Source: Octopus bimaculoides (Eukaryota). Taken from it: 37,767 nucleotides of DNA. Position numbers and translations under genes: made by a program. Under the pieces are notes generated by a model that did no database searches, had not been told where the DNA came from, and was given only the letters and a program-made list of their open reading frames with translations. Where the stretch lies: positions 100,307,277 through 100,345,043 of the forward strand of contig NC_068981.1 of the NCBI RefSeq assembly GCF_001194135.2, written 5' to 3'. This document shows positions 22,064 to 34,180 of this stretch, one piece after another. Positions within the stretch are counted from its first letter, which is position 1. Each line of letters starts with the position of its first letter.

Positions 22064-22932
22064 ACATATATACACTACTATTCATTAGTCATAATGTTTC
22101 CTTTTTTGCATATTTTTCAGTAAATCTAGCCTGTCAGGTAAACACTATTACTTTCTCTTATCTTATCTGTCTTTACTTATTTTCTCAATGTATCTTTCAT
22201 ATTCTACCACATTTTGAATAGCTACAAATAGTTACAAATGGCAAGAAAGGTTTTCTATTCTAGTCTATCCTCAATGCATTCCAGATTTTGGCCCCACTTT
22301 TTTTTTTTCTGGAGTATGCAAAAAGGGTACTTTTTCATCCAGTTTTTAAATCTTATTTGGCTTCTAATTTATCACATTGAATGTGTATGTTACTGCATGG
22401 ATGGATAGCCAAACAGTTGATGAATTCTATTTTAGTTTTGGCATTCATTTTATTATATCGACTTCTTTGTGGCCTTTCAAATTTTTTCCTATCACATCTT
22501 TCCTGGCATTTGCAGCATGAAGCACATGATCTTTTTCACAGACACCTCAATGCTATTTTTATTTCCTCTAGCTCTTCAACACTCATTACTTTTAGCCATA
22601 CATCATGAAGAGTGATCAAAAATAAACTATATTTTAATTTATATTCTGCCATATCTTGCACCACATTTAAAGATGAATTCAAGTTCAAAATGCAATTTTG
22701 GCTTATTATATATTATATAGATGCTAGATTGCTTTGTATCAGTAATATACTGAGAAAACTATGACAAGATATAGCCTCAGTGACACACTAGTCAGCAATA
22801 TGTAAATGCAAAGTTAAAAGCCTCCTGGTGCTTCAACACCTAGTTCTATCCCCCTGAAAAACGATGCCAGTCTATCACATGCAATGTATCCAACATTTCC
22901 CAGACAATCCTGAATATTTGCATTATATTTAA

Positions 22933-23838
22933 CCTTTTAGTATTTAAAATGGCCATATCTAGCCAAAATGTTCTACTTGATTTATATTCAAACTGGTCAG
23001 ATTTGTTCTCTGATAGCATACCCTACAATGTAATTTTAAAAATAAACAATCACATCATCAAAATCTCAAAGCTACAAGATTATGCATGTTCAATTCAATA
23101 AATCTATATACTATTAAAAGTAAAGTTCAGTTTTGCTTGCTTGCTTGCAATGTTACACAGCCAAACTGGTGCATAATGGGAAAATACTTTGAAATTAAAG
23201 TGACCCTGAAATGTGAATACGAATGGAATAAAACAGGTTTCACATAAGTCGGAGCAGTAGTTATTGAGATGTGTGGGGTTTTGGGATATAAATACCCAAA
23301 ACAGTGCATAATGGGAAAATACTCCGAAAATAACTTCACCCTGAAAGGGAAGAAACTCTAACCTTTCCATTAGACACATTATGATAGGCAAAATATTTTT
23401 AAGTGAAAATAACTTTAAAAATACGGTAAATATTTCATAAAAGACCCATTCGTAACTTCGGTGTGAAATAGTTTTTTTCCATAGGTTTCTTTCATGTGCA
23501 TTTAACACATCTCACCTCCAAAGATTTGGTTGCTATTTCTAGTACGCCCTGCTACCACGTAATAGCTATTTGCGATAAAGGACTCGAAATACCTGTTATG
23601 TGGTAGCAGGGCATGCAAGAAATAGCAGCCAAATCTTTCCTTTTCTGGGGGAAGGAGCCGTTTACATGTGATTTCGATGTCACATTCACTGAAAGCATGT
23701 GAAATAACATGAAAAGAAAAAAATAAACCACAACACAAAACTCCATTGCTGGGAAACTCAGACTTCCCCAGTGACCCAACAGGTCATGGGTAGTCTAGTA
23801 AGTATTACATTTGACTGAATAATTTGAATGCTAAAGGG
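22933..23838. mobile_element. TTAA-flanked piggyBac-like MITE hosting a Helitron insertion
   Basis: TTAA (22929-22932)|CCTTTTAGTATTTA ... TGAATGCTAAAGGG|TTAA (23839-23842): imperfect TIRs and a duplicated TTAA target. Confidence 0.7.
23103..23798 (+). mobile_element. Complete 696-bp non-autonomous Helitron
   Basis: 5' A|TCTATATACTATTAAAAG; 3' GC-rich hairpin CCCAGTGACC-CAACA-GGTCATGGG (23767-23790) followed by TAGTCTAG|T; inserted between A and T with no TSD. Confidence 0.85.
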
Positions 23839-26800
23839 TTAAACTAATGAGTTAAGACCTAGTGGCTCAAAACTATATCCACTTTGTGATTTGCCTTCTC
23901 TATTAACATAAACGTAACATGTTACCATGACATATTGAGGTTATGTTAATACAACAGGAATTCTCTTCATAGAGAGATACAAGATATTTTGCCATGAATT
24001 TTTCTCTTCCATTTACTAGATTCTTTAGAGTATTTAAGCTCAGCACTGAAAGTTAACAAAGCATTCACTAATCCTACTGTCTTTCTACCACTTAAGTTTG
24101 AGAATTTTGTCTTTCAAGAATGCCTCTTCACCATTAAGTGAACTGAAACTTAGTGAGTCAATTGTTTTTATCAAGGATATAATGCTACACAAGTTAAAGA
24201 ATTAGTTCAATGAACCAGTACCATATGAAGTTTTTGCGTTTTAACTCAGCCATCTACAACACTCAATTCTACTTTACAATCTTTAATTATTAGAATGTTA
24301 ACACACTTCACTGGTTTTAGCTTCTTAACATAAGAAACGCTGAGGTAAATTTATCGACGTGTTTCTACATATTTGCATGTTATGAAAAATAAAATCTTAA
24401 ATAGTTTTTATTATTGTTTATTGTTTTATTGGTGGCTTACATCAAAGCAGAATTAAAATTTGAAGACACATCAGTTTCTAAGAGTAGGTGTTCAGAAAGT
24501 TAATTAGTTTGTTCCATTATTAATTACATATTTCTTTGAAATCAAACAACATATTCAGACTCAACTTTATAGAGAGCTGTTTTAAATACTTTCCAATTGA
24601 TTAATTATTCAATATTTAATTTAAATGCAGTGGGTGGGATTTGACACCAAATCCAGTTTAGATTAAATTATCTATCTTAGATTTATTATTTTCTGTTGAA
24701 CCATCTAAATCATAACTTAGGAAGACAACCTCTAGGTTATTGATAGCGAGGAAATTGTTTGAGTACTAGTGATAGATTAGGTTGATGTGACCACATATTC
24801 CTATATATAATATCAGTCACAGAGTAGTAAGATAGATATGTTGCAGCTTATCCCAACATTCACTTGCTGTTTCTGTGATCTAGTTCAGAGATTTCTTATT
24901 CTAGGTTGAAATTTTATACTTATCAACTTTATAATTCATTTCTCAAAGTTCAATAAACTAAGTGTCAGTAATTCCATCATAATAAGCATAATACTAATTA
25001 AATTAGCCCCTGTTGATTTACTGTAGCTAAATCATTTTACCAAACCGCTTTACCTGGAAAGTATGTCTTGTACTTAATCAAAAGAAATCCTTATTAATTT
25101 AATTGAAACTCAAAACTGCAATGGCACAGTAATTTGATTAAGTGTGTTTATTGCATTAGAAGGTAGCTTGCTACAGAGGCATAAGCCTGTAAATACATTG
25201 GTTTAAAGCAATGTAAATGGATGGAAGTTTGATATAGCAAAGAAATAACTCCTGCATCATAAGACACTGTAAAATAGAAAAAGTAAAGGAAAATCATGGA
25301 ATAAGAGGTGAATAAGAGAGTATGTGAGTTTGGAAAAGAGAAAGAGAGGGATAGAGAGATAGATGGAGAAAAGAAAGCAAAGAAATTCAAATATATTGAA
25401 GCTATCATCCTGTAAGAACTAGCCATGAACAGACTTTAACAGATTCAGTGGAATGGAATATCAATGACCAAGTCATAAATATATAATAAAAGACTTTAAT
25501 ACTTAATGCCATACATTATTGTCAAAAAAGTGATAAAAAGTAAATGTAAAAATATATGTATGTTTTAGAAGGCCAGTACAACTCCACTGTGGTGAAATTA
25601 TTTTATTTAGTATCTGGCCTCACTTCAAATCTCTTGTGAAGCAGGTACAAGCAACAATGAAAGTGGTGAAATGAGAAGAAATTATGTTGTTTGCTTTAGT
25701 TTTTTCACATTTCCCAAAGGCATCATTGATCTAACTCAGCTAAATTCAACTAAGAATTGAACTGGCTTGTAGTCACTGTTTCCAAGGAAATATCTACAAG
25801 AATATATGAATAGAAGTAATATGTTTAAGAATTGGCAACAGCAATACTAGCAATTACAACAGTATTTTGTCACCAGTCACTTGAACATCATTGCTATATT
25901 GTCTACACAAGTAGCAATAGTAGAAACAGTAACAACAATAACAGCTTTGATAACAACAGTTCTGTGCCACCACAAACCCCTAGATACTCAGCAGTAGCAG
26001 TATTTCAAACATACCTCTGGGTGGTCATTTGCTTTGCTAGATGTAACAACTAATGTTGAATATAGTGACCAATGATAGGTCGTTCTAAGATGGAACATCG
26101 AGATCTGAGAATAAGCAGCAGCAACAACAACAACAACATATAATAGCTTCAGTATAAGATTTCCATGGTTTGCAGTCAATGCACTAAGTAAGCTGAATAT
26201 AACTTTATCCAGCAAAAGTATTCTATTTGATAAACAATTTAATCTAAATGAATCTGAGTAGAACATTGTTGTACTGTTAATTTGAACAATAGGAATCAGG
26301 AAAAGATTGTTTAACTAGTTTAATGTCACATGGTCCTGAAGTCATCAATGTAATGGTAAACATCTTTTTCTACTTCCATCCTTCTCCTACCAACAAAATA
26401 TGTACAGTAACAAGTGAAAAAATATTTAGTAAAAACAAAGTTACATTTAACAGAATAAACATATATTATCTAAAATAAAGCTATGTAATATAAAATAAAG
26501 CAATATTTTCTTTTGCCCATACAGCTTTATATAAATATATATTGATAGCTGCAAATATTTTCCTTAGTGTTGAATGCATATTTTTAACATGTACTATTGT
26601 TTTTGTTGATGTTCAATTTGATCTCTTGCAGTTTATTATCAAGGCAAAAATGGCAATGTGTGGTTCTATAGGAAATTTGTTCTGGAAGTGGAAAAAAATT
26701 ATGTGCAAAACATCTTCAGATACAAGCCTTCCAACATAGTTAACAGTTTATATCTCATTGCTGGTACTGTGCTGTTCCTCAGGGTTTACACACTTAACTA

Positions 26801-26905
26801 AGCTATTTTTAAATCTACAAGATAATTGGTGTGTCACTAACCATAACAAGACAGATAGAAATACATATACAAACATTAAAAATATGTTAATACCCAACAT
26901 ATCAG

Positions 26906-26975
26906 GACTCATTAAAATCCATATATAATTTATATATATATAAATGTATAAACTATATAGGGATTTTAATGAGTC
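26906..26975. repeat. Small inverted repeat with AT-rich loop
   Basis: GACTCATTAAAATCC ... GGATTTTAATGAGTC, a 15-bp perfect stem extending imperfectly inward. Confidence 0.85.
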
Positions 26976-27161
26976 TCTACATATAAATATATATATATAT
27001 ATATAAATAGTGTAAGATATAAGTTAGAGGTAATGTAACCATCTAAGGGATAGATGTATATCCACAGGCACTCCTGGCATTACTTCAATATGTATAGTCC
27101 ATGTTATAAGATATGTGGTAGTAGGTAATTTAAAAGGTAAACTGTGCTTTAGCATATATAA

Positions 27162-27611
27162 AGATGATAAGAATTGGTGCAATAAACAGTGAGAAGTGGA
27201 TCATTGGTGTTATAAAGTCATTTAATTATGAAGAGAGTATGTTTACAGCTGTTTCATTATATGAAGCTGGGGTAAATTTGCATTTACCTCATTGCAATTG
27301 ATAGAAAGATAAATAGAAGGAAAATAGAAAGAAAATGTGAAGAAGAGAAAGGAAAAAAAAAAGATGTTCATTAATTAACAAACATTTTTCCTTTTTTGCT
27401 TTCTCTTCTTCACATTTTCTTTCTATTTCCCTTCTATTTATCTTTGTCATATAATCGTTCCGATGATGTCTATCAATTGCAACAAGGTAAATGCAAATTT
27501 ACCAACAGCTTGATATACTGAAACAGCTGTAAACATACTCTCTTAATTAAATAATGACTTTATAACCCCCAACGGTCCACTTCTCACTGTTTATTGCTCC
27601 ATTTCTTATCA

Positions 27612-27614
<3 letters not shown>
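27162..27614. repeat. ~450-bp fold-back palindrome
   Basis: Left arm 27162-27368 pairs with right arm 27381-27614 (e.g. AAGAGAGTATGTTTACAGCTGTTTCA / TGAAACAGCTGTAAACATACTCTCTT); a 24-nt insertion at 27445-27468 is on the right arm only. Confidence 0.9.
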
Positions 27615-27653
<39 letters not shown>

Positions 27654-27980
27654 NNNNNNNNNNNNNNNNNNNNNNNNNNNNNNNNNNNNNNNNNNNNNNN
27701 NNNNNNNNNNNNNNNNNNNNNNNNNNNNNNNNNNNNNNNNNNNNNNNNNNNNNNNNNNNNNNNNNNNNNNNNNNNNNNNNNNNNNNNNNNNNNNNNNNNN
27801 NNNNNNNNNNNNNNNNNNNNNNNNNNNNNNNNNNNNNNNNNNNNNNNNNNNNNNNNNNNNNNNNNNNNNNNNNNNNNNNNNNNNNNNNNNNNNNNNNNNN
27901 NNNNNNNNNNNNNNNNNNNNNNNNNNNNNNNNNNNNNNNNNNNNNNNNNNNNNNNNNNNNNNNNNNNNNNNNNNNNNNNN
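27611..27980. other. (CT)n microsatellite running into an assembly gap (27654-27980)
   Basis: Direct reading. Confidence 0.95.
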
Positions 27981-28172
27981 AGGGAAAATGAAAGTGTTTT
28001 TTGCAGAAAAAAAAAATATATATATAAAAAAATAAATATACCAATACATTATATTGTCTTTGAGCTTTTAAAGTTCAATGGTAATCCATGGAGATAATTG
28101 TTAGAAAGATTAGGATGCATGGAATTAAAAGTTGTGTTTACAAAAAAGGGGTTAAAAGTTTATGTGTTAAGT

Positions 28173-28222
28173 AGGAAGTGTGGTGTCAAAACAGGAAGTG
28201 TGGTGTCAAAAGAGGAAGTGTG
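28173..28222 (+). repeat. 20-bp tandem repeat x2.5 (AGGAAGTGTGGTGTCAAAAS)
   Basis: Units start at 28173, 28193 and 28213. Confidence 0.9.
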
Positions 28223-29169
28223 TGTAAGGGAAGACAATTCTGTGGGTTTTATACTCTTTAGTTGGAGTTCTGGACTCTTTGTCAACAGGAAGTTTATGTC
28301 TATTCTTAGAGAAATAAGAAATAAATTTATATGTATTTCATTGGGTAGGTGGGAGAAAGGAATATGGTCACCGAGGGGTTTGTATGTTAAGAAGCGTTTG
28401 GAATTTCTCTATTAAAAGATTCTCCTTGTTGATTCTTTCTTGTGTAGAGATTCTGTCTTTACATTGATAGAAAGGGAATATAATTACTTTTAATTATATA
28501 TTAATCATGTATTAAAGTTATGTATTAAGGTGTTTGTGAGCTAGTAGTGAGAAATGATTATTTCACCAATACTTTGATGTTAGAATGGTTGTTGTTGTTG
28601 TTATATAGACTTAATCCAGCATTTTGTTTAACACCACTACCTGGTCCTTGGGTGTCTTTAGTGGAGTTCATTCTATTGCATGCATTCAAGATAGGCCACT
28701 GGTTTTAAGATAATACTTCGCTCCCCACCCCACCCCCACCCACCTCACCAGTTTAAGAAACCCTGATAAAGTAAAGGTTGGTTAGGACTGTCCTCTTTCC
28801 TGCTTAACTAAGTGATAAAAAGGAAAGGCCAGCTCTGATCAAAGGCATTCCAACCATGACCATACCATCTTATTTTTAGATATTGTGCATCTAGGACTAA
28901 ATTATCCAGTATGTTCTTTTCTTTTTTAAGATGATGGAATAGAGTTCAGAGAGATCTGACTGCTATTTCTAGTAAATTATATAGCCACATAGTACTCTCT
29001 TTTCCGCTCACGATAATATGGTTGTGTGTAGCAGTAGTCTAATGTGAGTTTTACAAGAGTTTTGTATAGGATCAGGAAATCGTCAGATCTAAGATATTTT
29101 CTGATTCTATTGAAAACATTTAGTCTTTGAATATGTGTTCTTATTTCAGTTTTTATCAATGCTATACAT

Positions 29170-29600
<431 letters not shown>

Positions 29601-29765
29601 GAAACCTATATGTACATATGTATGTAAGTTCATTAAAGGAAATGTATGTAAGTTTGTTAAAGGAAAGCCTGAAGAGGAATCAAGTTATTATTGCCTGGAA
29701 TATCACAGATGCAAATCCAGGCTTCAGTGATGCAAAAATGCTAATATGATACAGGGGATAATATT

Positions 29766-30184
29766 CTTTTCTACTCTAGGCACAAGGCCCGAAATTTGGG
29801 GGGAAGGGGGCCAGTCGATTAGATTGACCCCAGTATGCAACTGGTACTTAGATTATCAACCTCGAAAGGATGAAAGGCAAAGATGACCTCAGTGGAATTT
29901 GAACTCAGAATGTAAAGACAGGTGAAATACTGCTAAGTATTTTGCCCAACGTGCTAACATTTCTTATTTCTTTATTGCCCACAAGGGGTTAAACATAGAA
30001 GGGACAAACAAGGACAGACAAAGGGAGACTCCAGTGCATGACTAGTACTTTAAAATCGACCCCGAAAGGATGAAAAGCAAAGTCGACCTCGGCAGAATTT
30101 GAACTCAGAATGTAATGGCAGACGATATACCGATAAGCATTTCGCCCAGCGTGCTAACGTTTCTGCCAGCTCGCTGCCTTTAAT
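29766..30184 (-). mobile_element. Two tRNA-derived SINE units in tandem/nested, flanked by a 12-bp TSD
   Basis: GAAAGGATGAAA.GCAAAG..GACCTC.G..GAATTTGAACTCAGAATGTAA occurs twice (~29865-29915, ~30064-30115) with different tails; GGGGATAATATT at 29754-29765 and 30185-30196. Confidence 0.85.
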
Positions 30185-31102
30185 GGGGATAATATTACAG
30201 GTGCTAACAGCAATTAAGAAAATTATTCAAATTATTCAATTAAAACTTTTCTTTTAGAATCCAATTATTTCCATTTAGTAGTTTAGTTTCTCTTTCATAA
30301 ATTCTTCCTTTATATTTTATAACATCTGTATGTAAAATGGACTGAGGGAATAATCCATAATTTAATGCTGGTATATCTTAATATTGTATGACTCATTTTT
30401 ACAATTATACAACTAGCTCTATGCTTGCATCTCATATGTTTCTTATTTGATTATAAGGTTTGTTTCTTGCTGCTTTTTTTTTTGTGTTTTTTACTTTTCA
30501 AATGTACACAGAAATAATCAATGAAGATCTTTTACAGAAATTTTAGATCATAAAGAGGAATGTTATTAAAAGAATTTATATCCATGAAGCTTTATTCATC
30601 ATTAATTCTGAAAGAAAGTGGTGAACTTGTTGACTGTGAAAGCTGCTTTACTTTAGGTCAGGTAGTTATTTCCCATGAACATTATTGGGAAAAGGACAAC
30701 AAATTAGTTGTTTGTCATAAAGTTCATGTGAAACATAATAGCAGTAATCTACCATTGGTAATAAAATGGGATATTCTGAACATTGTCACAAAGAGAACTT
30801 ATACATTATTTCATAAAATGAATTATCTGTTTCAGTCATTGAATTCTATGTTTATAAAAATGGAATAAATTATCTATGTTTCAATGTGTTATACCATGTT
30901 TATAAAAAGTGAATAAAATGTGAAATAAGAGAAACAGTCAGTGGTGGCAACAGCAATGGTAGTGGTAGCAGTAGTGATATTGTTGTTGCTGGCACTCCAC
31001 CATCTAGATATAGACATTTTAGGTAATATGGTTCGGAGGTCATGCACACAAGGAACAATACAGAAAGATCATGCTGGAATGCATTTGATCTCAGGCTTTC
31101 CT

Positions 31103-31290
31103 AGTGCAATGTTTGTAACAATAAAAATATGGCACAACCATACCAAAAATTGATTGTGCAATCAGTGCAGTATTTGGTGCAGCATTTTAAGTTTCTTCCA
31201 TTGGCACTGACAAATCAATTCCTTTGGTAAAAGAAAGTAAAAATCATACATACAGGACCAAAGAAACTGTGTAGTATTATAGAATCCCAT
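31103..31290 (+). repeat. Dispersed repeat, direct copy of ~35434-35630
   Basis: Shared GCAATGTTTGT, AATT.ATTGTGCAATCA, CATTTTAAGTT, TTTGGTAAAAGAA.G.AAA and CAGGA.CAAAG.AA.TGT blocks in the same order. Confidence 0.65.
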
Positions 31291-31621
31291 TAAGACAGTT
31301 ATTCTTATATATCTTTTCAACCAACAGAAACAATAACATTTTTTATCTCTGTAATAACAGATTTACAATCAAGGGCATTCTAGTATGATCATCCTATTTT
31401 ATTTATTTATTTTCCAGTGTTTAGGGATCCCTGGACCACATTAGCTAGCCAATGTCTCCTTTTACCAAGATGATAGGAGTGTAATCTGAGGGAGATTTGG
31501 CTGCTACTTCTAACAGGACAAGCAATCACATGGAGGATATACAAATTTACATACATATGTACATATATAAACATTCACGCAAATTTTTCATTAAAAAAAC
31601 TCTTGCTCTATCTCACTCAAA

Positions 31622-31638
31622 TACACACACACACACAT

Positions 31639-31685
<47 letters not shown>

Positions 31686-31695
31686 AACAAACAAA
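31622..31695. repeat. (CA)n followed by (AAAC)n
   Basis: Direct reading. Confidence 0.9.
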
Positions 31696-32280
31696 CATTC
31701 TCAATTTTAAAATATTCCATGACCACTGACAAAATAACAAATATCCATATGTACAAACATATCAAAACTAGATGACCCTACACACTCAGGCACACATCCA
31801 CAAATATTTCCTTCAAAACATGTCAATCATACACAATTGTAGAGATATACAAGCATAGGAAATACAAAGTACCTCATGCACGCACACATCAATATTCTTT
31901 TCAAAACAAGTAAACAAAATCCCATCTCATTGCCAAATAGCATTAAAAAAACAGTTCCCAATAAATCTTTAACACACCAAAATTCCTTCAACCATGAAGC
32001 ACTATTCATTAAGGATATATCTACAATGTAGATTCTAGACACAATAGATATGTGCTTAATTAGTTTGACAGCTAATCCCATTCATAAATAACTCTTCTCA
32101 AAACAAATATTAGGTAAGAGAAATAATTCAAAATGGACAGTGGTATGTATTTGAATATGTATTTGAATATATCGTGTTTGTATCTGGTTTGCAAGATTCC
32201 TTATGTGAATTTGTGAGTTGAAACAAATTTTGTCGTGTCTAAGGAGAGTCATAGTGCTTTAATATAATGCACTCACCAAT

Positions 32281-32400
32281 TCAATTATTTACTTATTCAT
32301 TCCAGAAAGCTTTCTCATTGCTGCATTTGTGGCTGTATCAATGATATGGTTGCAAATGCAATGACAAAAATGCTTTCTGGAATAAATAAATAAATGAGTG
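32281..32400. repeat. Imperfect ~120-nt hairpin
   Basis: TATTCATTCCAGAAAGCTTTCTCATTGCTGCATTTG pairs with CAAATGCAATGACAAAAATGCTTTCTGGAATAAATA; ~14-nt loop. Confidence 0.75.
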
Positions 32401-32458
32401 GAAATTGAACAATTGAATGTGTTATATTAAGGCACTATGACTCTCCCCAGACACATAC

Positions 32459-32560
32459 ATGAATACAGATGAATACAGGTATACCAAGATGAATAAAAGT
32501 ATACCGAATATACAATATGAATACATGTGATGAATACAGGTATACCAAATATACAATATA
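32459..32560. repeat. Degenerate minisatellite (GATGAATACAGGTATACCAA-like units)
   Basis: Unit recurs at ~32470, ~32490 and ~32529. Confidence 0.7.
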
Positions 32561-33139
32561 ACTTCTTGATTGATTAAAATTATGTCTGCTTCTAGAGGAT
32601 GTTATCAAAGTGACCAAATGGCAATTAAGAGCAACTCCACTTGAGAAGGGGAGATAATTTCAAAATTCAAAAATTTCTCTAAAGTTGAGATGCCATTAAG
32701 CAAAAGGACAAGCTTGGAGTCTGGAGGTAAGCAGACAGTTGTGGACAATTGTTTTTGGCTCAGCTGGCATCATCAACATGACAACTGTCCAACCTTCTCC
32801 CCAGCAGCCAAAGGACTTGAGTTTATAGAAAAAGAAAACATTTACCATCTTCCAAAATCTGCCACACAAACACACACAAAAAATGAAAACAAGCTTTATC
32901 TTTAACTCATAAACAAGTTAATAACATCTTTCTGCCAACAATTACAAGAAATACAAATGTAAGACAAAAAAATAGTCAGTGAAAATGCTAGAAGTATCCA
33001 GAAAAGTACCCAATCAATAAATGCAAAATGCAAGCCAATGAAGACACACAAGTACTAGACAACACACACACACACACACACAGCAAGGGATATAAATGCA
33101 CCATCAGTACGAAGTTGTAACAGTTCTCACCTAAAGATC

Positions 33140-33345
33140 AGTGGCTTCAAACTTTGGTCACTAGACAAACTCTCAGTTTCAATAAAATCCTACCCTTTCA
33201 CTAGCATAGCTAGTGTGTGTGCCGCCCCCAGATTTCACAAAAAATACATATTGCCAACAGCAGACCCAAAAGTGGTGCCCCTTTAAAAGTGCTGCCCAGA
33301 GCAGATCGCCCCAACTGTCTGTCTCCCCCACCAGCAACACTAATG
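33140..33345. mobile_element. hAT-like MITE fragment(s)
   Basis: Starts CAGTGGCTTCAAACTTT; GC-rich TGCCGCCCCC ... GTGCTGCCCAGAGCAGATCGCCCC motifs. Ends not paired. Confidence 0.3.
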
Positions 33346-33439
33346 TACCCTCTACAACATGTATTGAACTCTCCTCTCCCATTCATCCATAAATCAACAT
33401 ACATGTACTTATATACACACCCATGCCAGAAACAAGTAA

Positions 33440-33667
33440 AAGGCACCCATGCCAGTGACATATAAAAGGCATTTGTGACATGTGAGAGGCACCCAGTGCA
33501 TTCTGTAGAGTGACTGGCATAAGGAAAGGCATGCAGCTGTGAAAACCAAGCCAAACGAAATGACTGAAGCCTGATGCAGCTCTCCAGCTTACCAGCCTTT
33601 GTCAAACTATTTGGCCCATGCAAGTATGGAAAAGGATGCTAAATGATGACGATAATGCTGATGATGA
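33440..33667 (+). mobile_element. SINE 3' body with degenerate (GAT)n tail
   Basis: AAAAGGCACCC...GGCATAAGGAAAGGCATGCAGCTGT.AAAAC...CCCATGCAAGTATGGAAAAGGATGCTAAATGATGACGAT; homologous to 1-247. Confidence 0.65.
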
Positions 33668-34180
33668 CACACAATAGAGTGTTATTTGTTATATAAAAGG
33701 TAACTTTCAAAGTATACTTTTGCCACTATGCATAATATCAGGAAATATAGCATACATACAATAATTGTAATTTGACTTGTATTAAATTTCTTGGCTCTTA
33801 TACAGAAATGATAAAAATGAATTCTAATTTGCAAATGAAAAATATTTATTATCTTAAAGTAAAATAAAATAAAATAAATTTCTCATTTGTATAAATTCTC
33901 TCATAACCACTCTGTCATTTACTCCTTCTACTCCTCTGGCTATGACTCTTTCTTTGTCACTGTGTGTTGTAGTGTCTCTTTACTCGTTGCCTCTTCGTAT
34001 CCCTCTTACTCCCTCTCCTCCTCGTTCTATTTAATGTAAAGCATGACTGGAGAAAAAACCCAGCCAACATTTATATCAGCTATTATACACACACACATTC
34101 ACTCATTCATTCACTCATACATACAAATACATGCACATACATACATAATACATACATACATAGAGAGAGAGAGGGGGGAT

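Noticed and set aside
23104-23779. ORFs of 70-134 aa inside the complete Helitron
   Set aside because: No RepHel or host-gene similarity recognised; the repeated FSHY peptide simply reflects the internal direct repeat.
25050-25075. Other AG|GT juxtapositions (minus ~25055 and ~21562; plus ~36226 and ~3854)
   Set aside because: Short or interrupted pyrimidine tracts, weaker donors or location in repeats; far weaker than the 9042-9085 site.
25611-25680. Plus-strand 34-nt exon-like segment and an overlapping minus-strand 9-nt microexon-like segment
   Set aside because: Mutually conflicting, moderate splice signals that are common by chance in AT-rich DNA.
28173-28222. Repeat units that might suggest a CRISPR-like array (also 32459-32560 and 23170-23347)
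   Set aside because: Units are adjacent or few, with no unique equal-length spacers and no cas genes, in a eukaryotic context.
30560-30868. 102-aa ORF in non-repetitive-looking sequence
   Set aside because: No recognisable domain and no convincing splice boundaries; length is compatible with chance.
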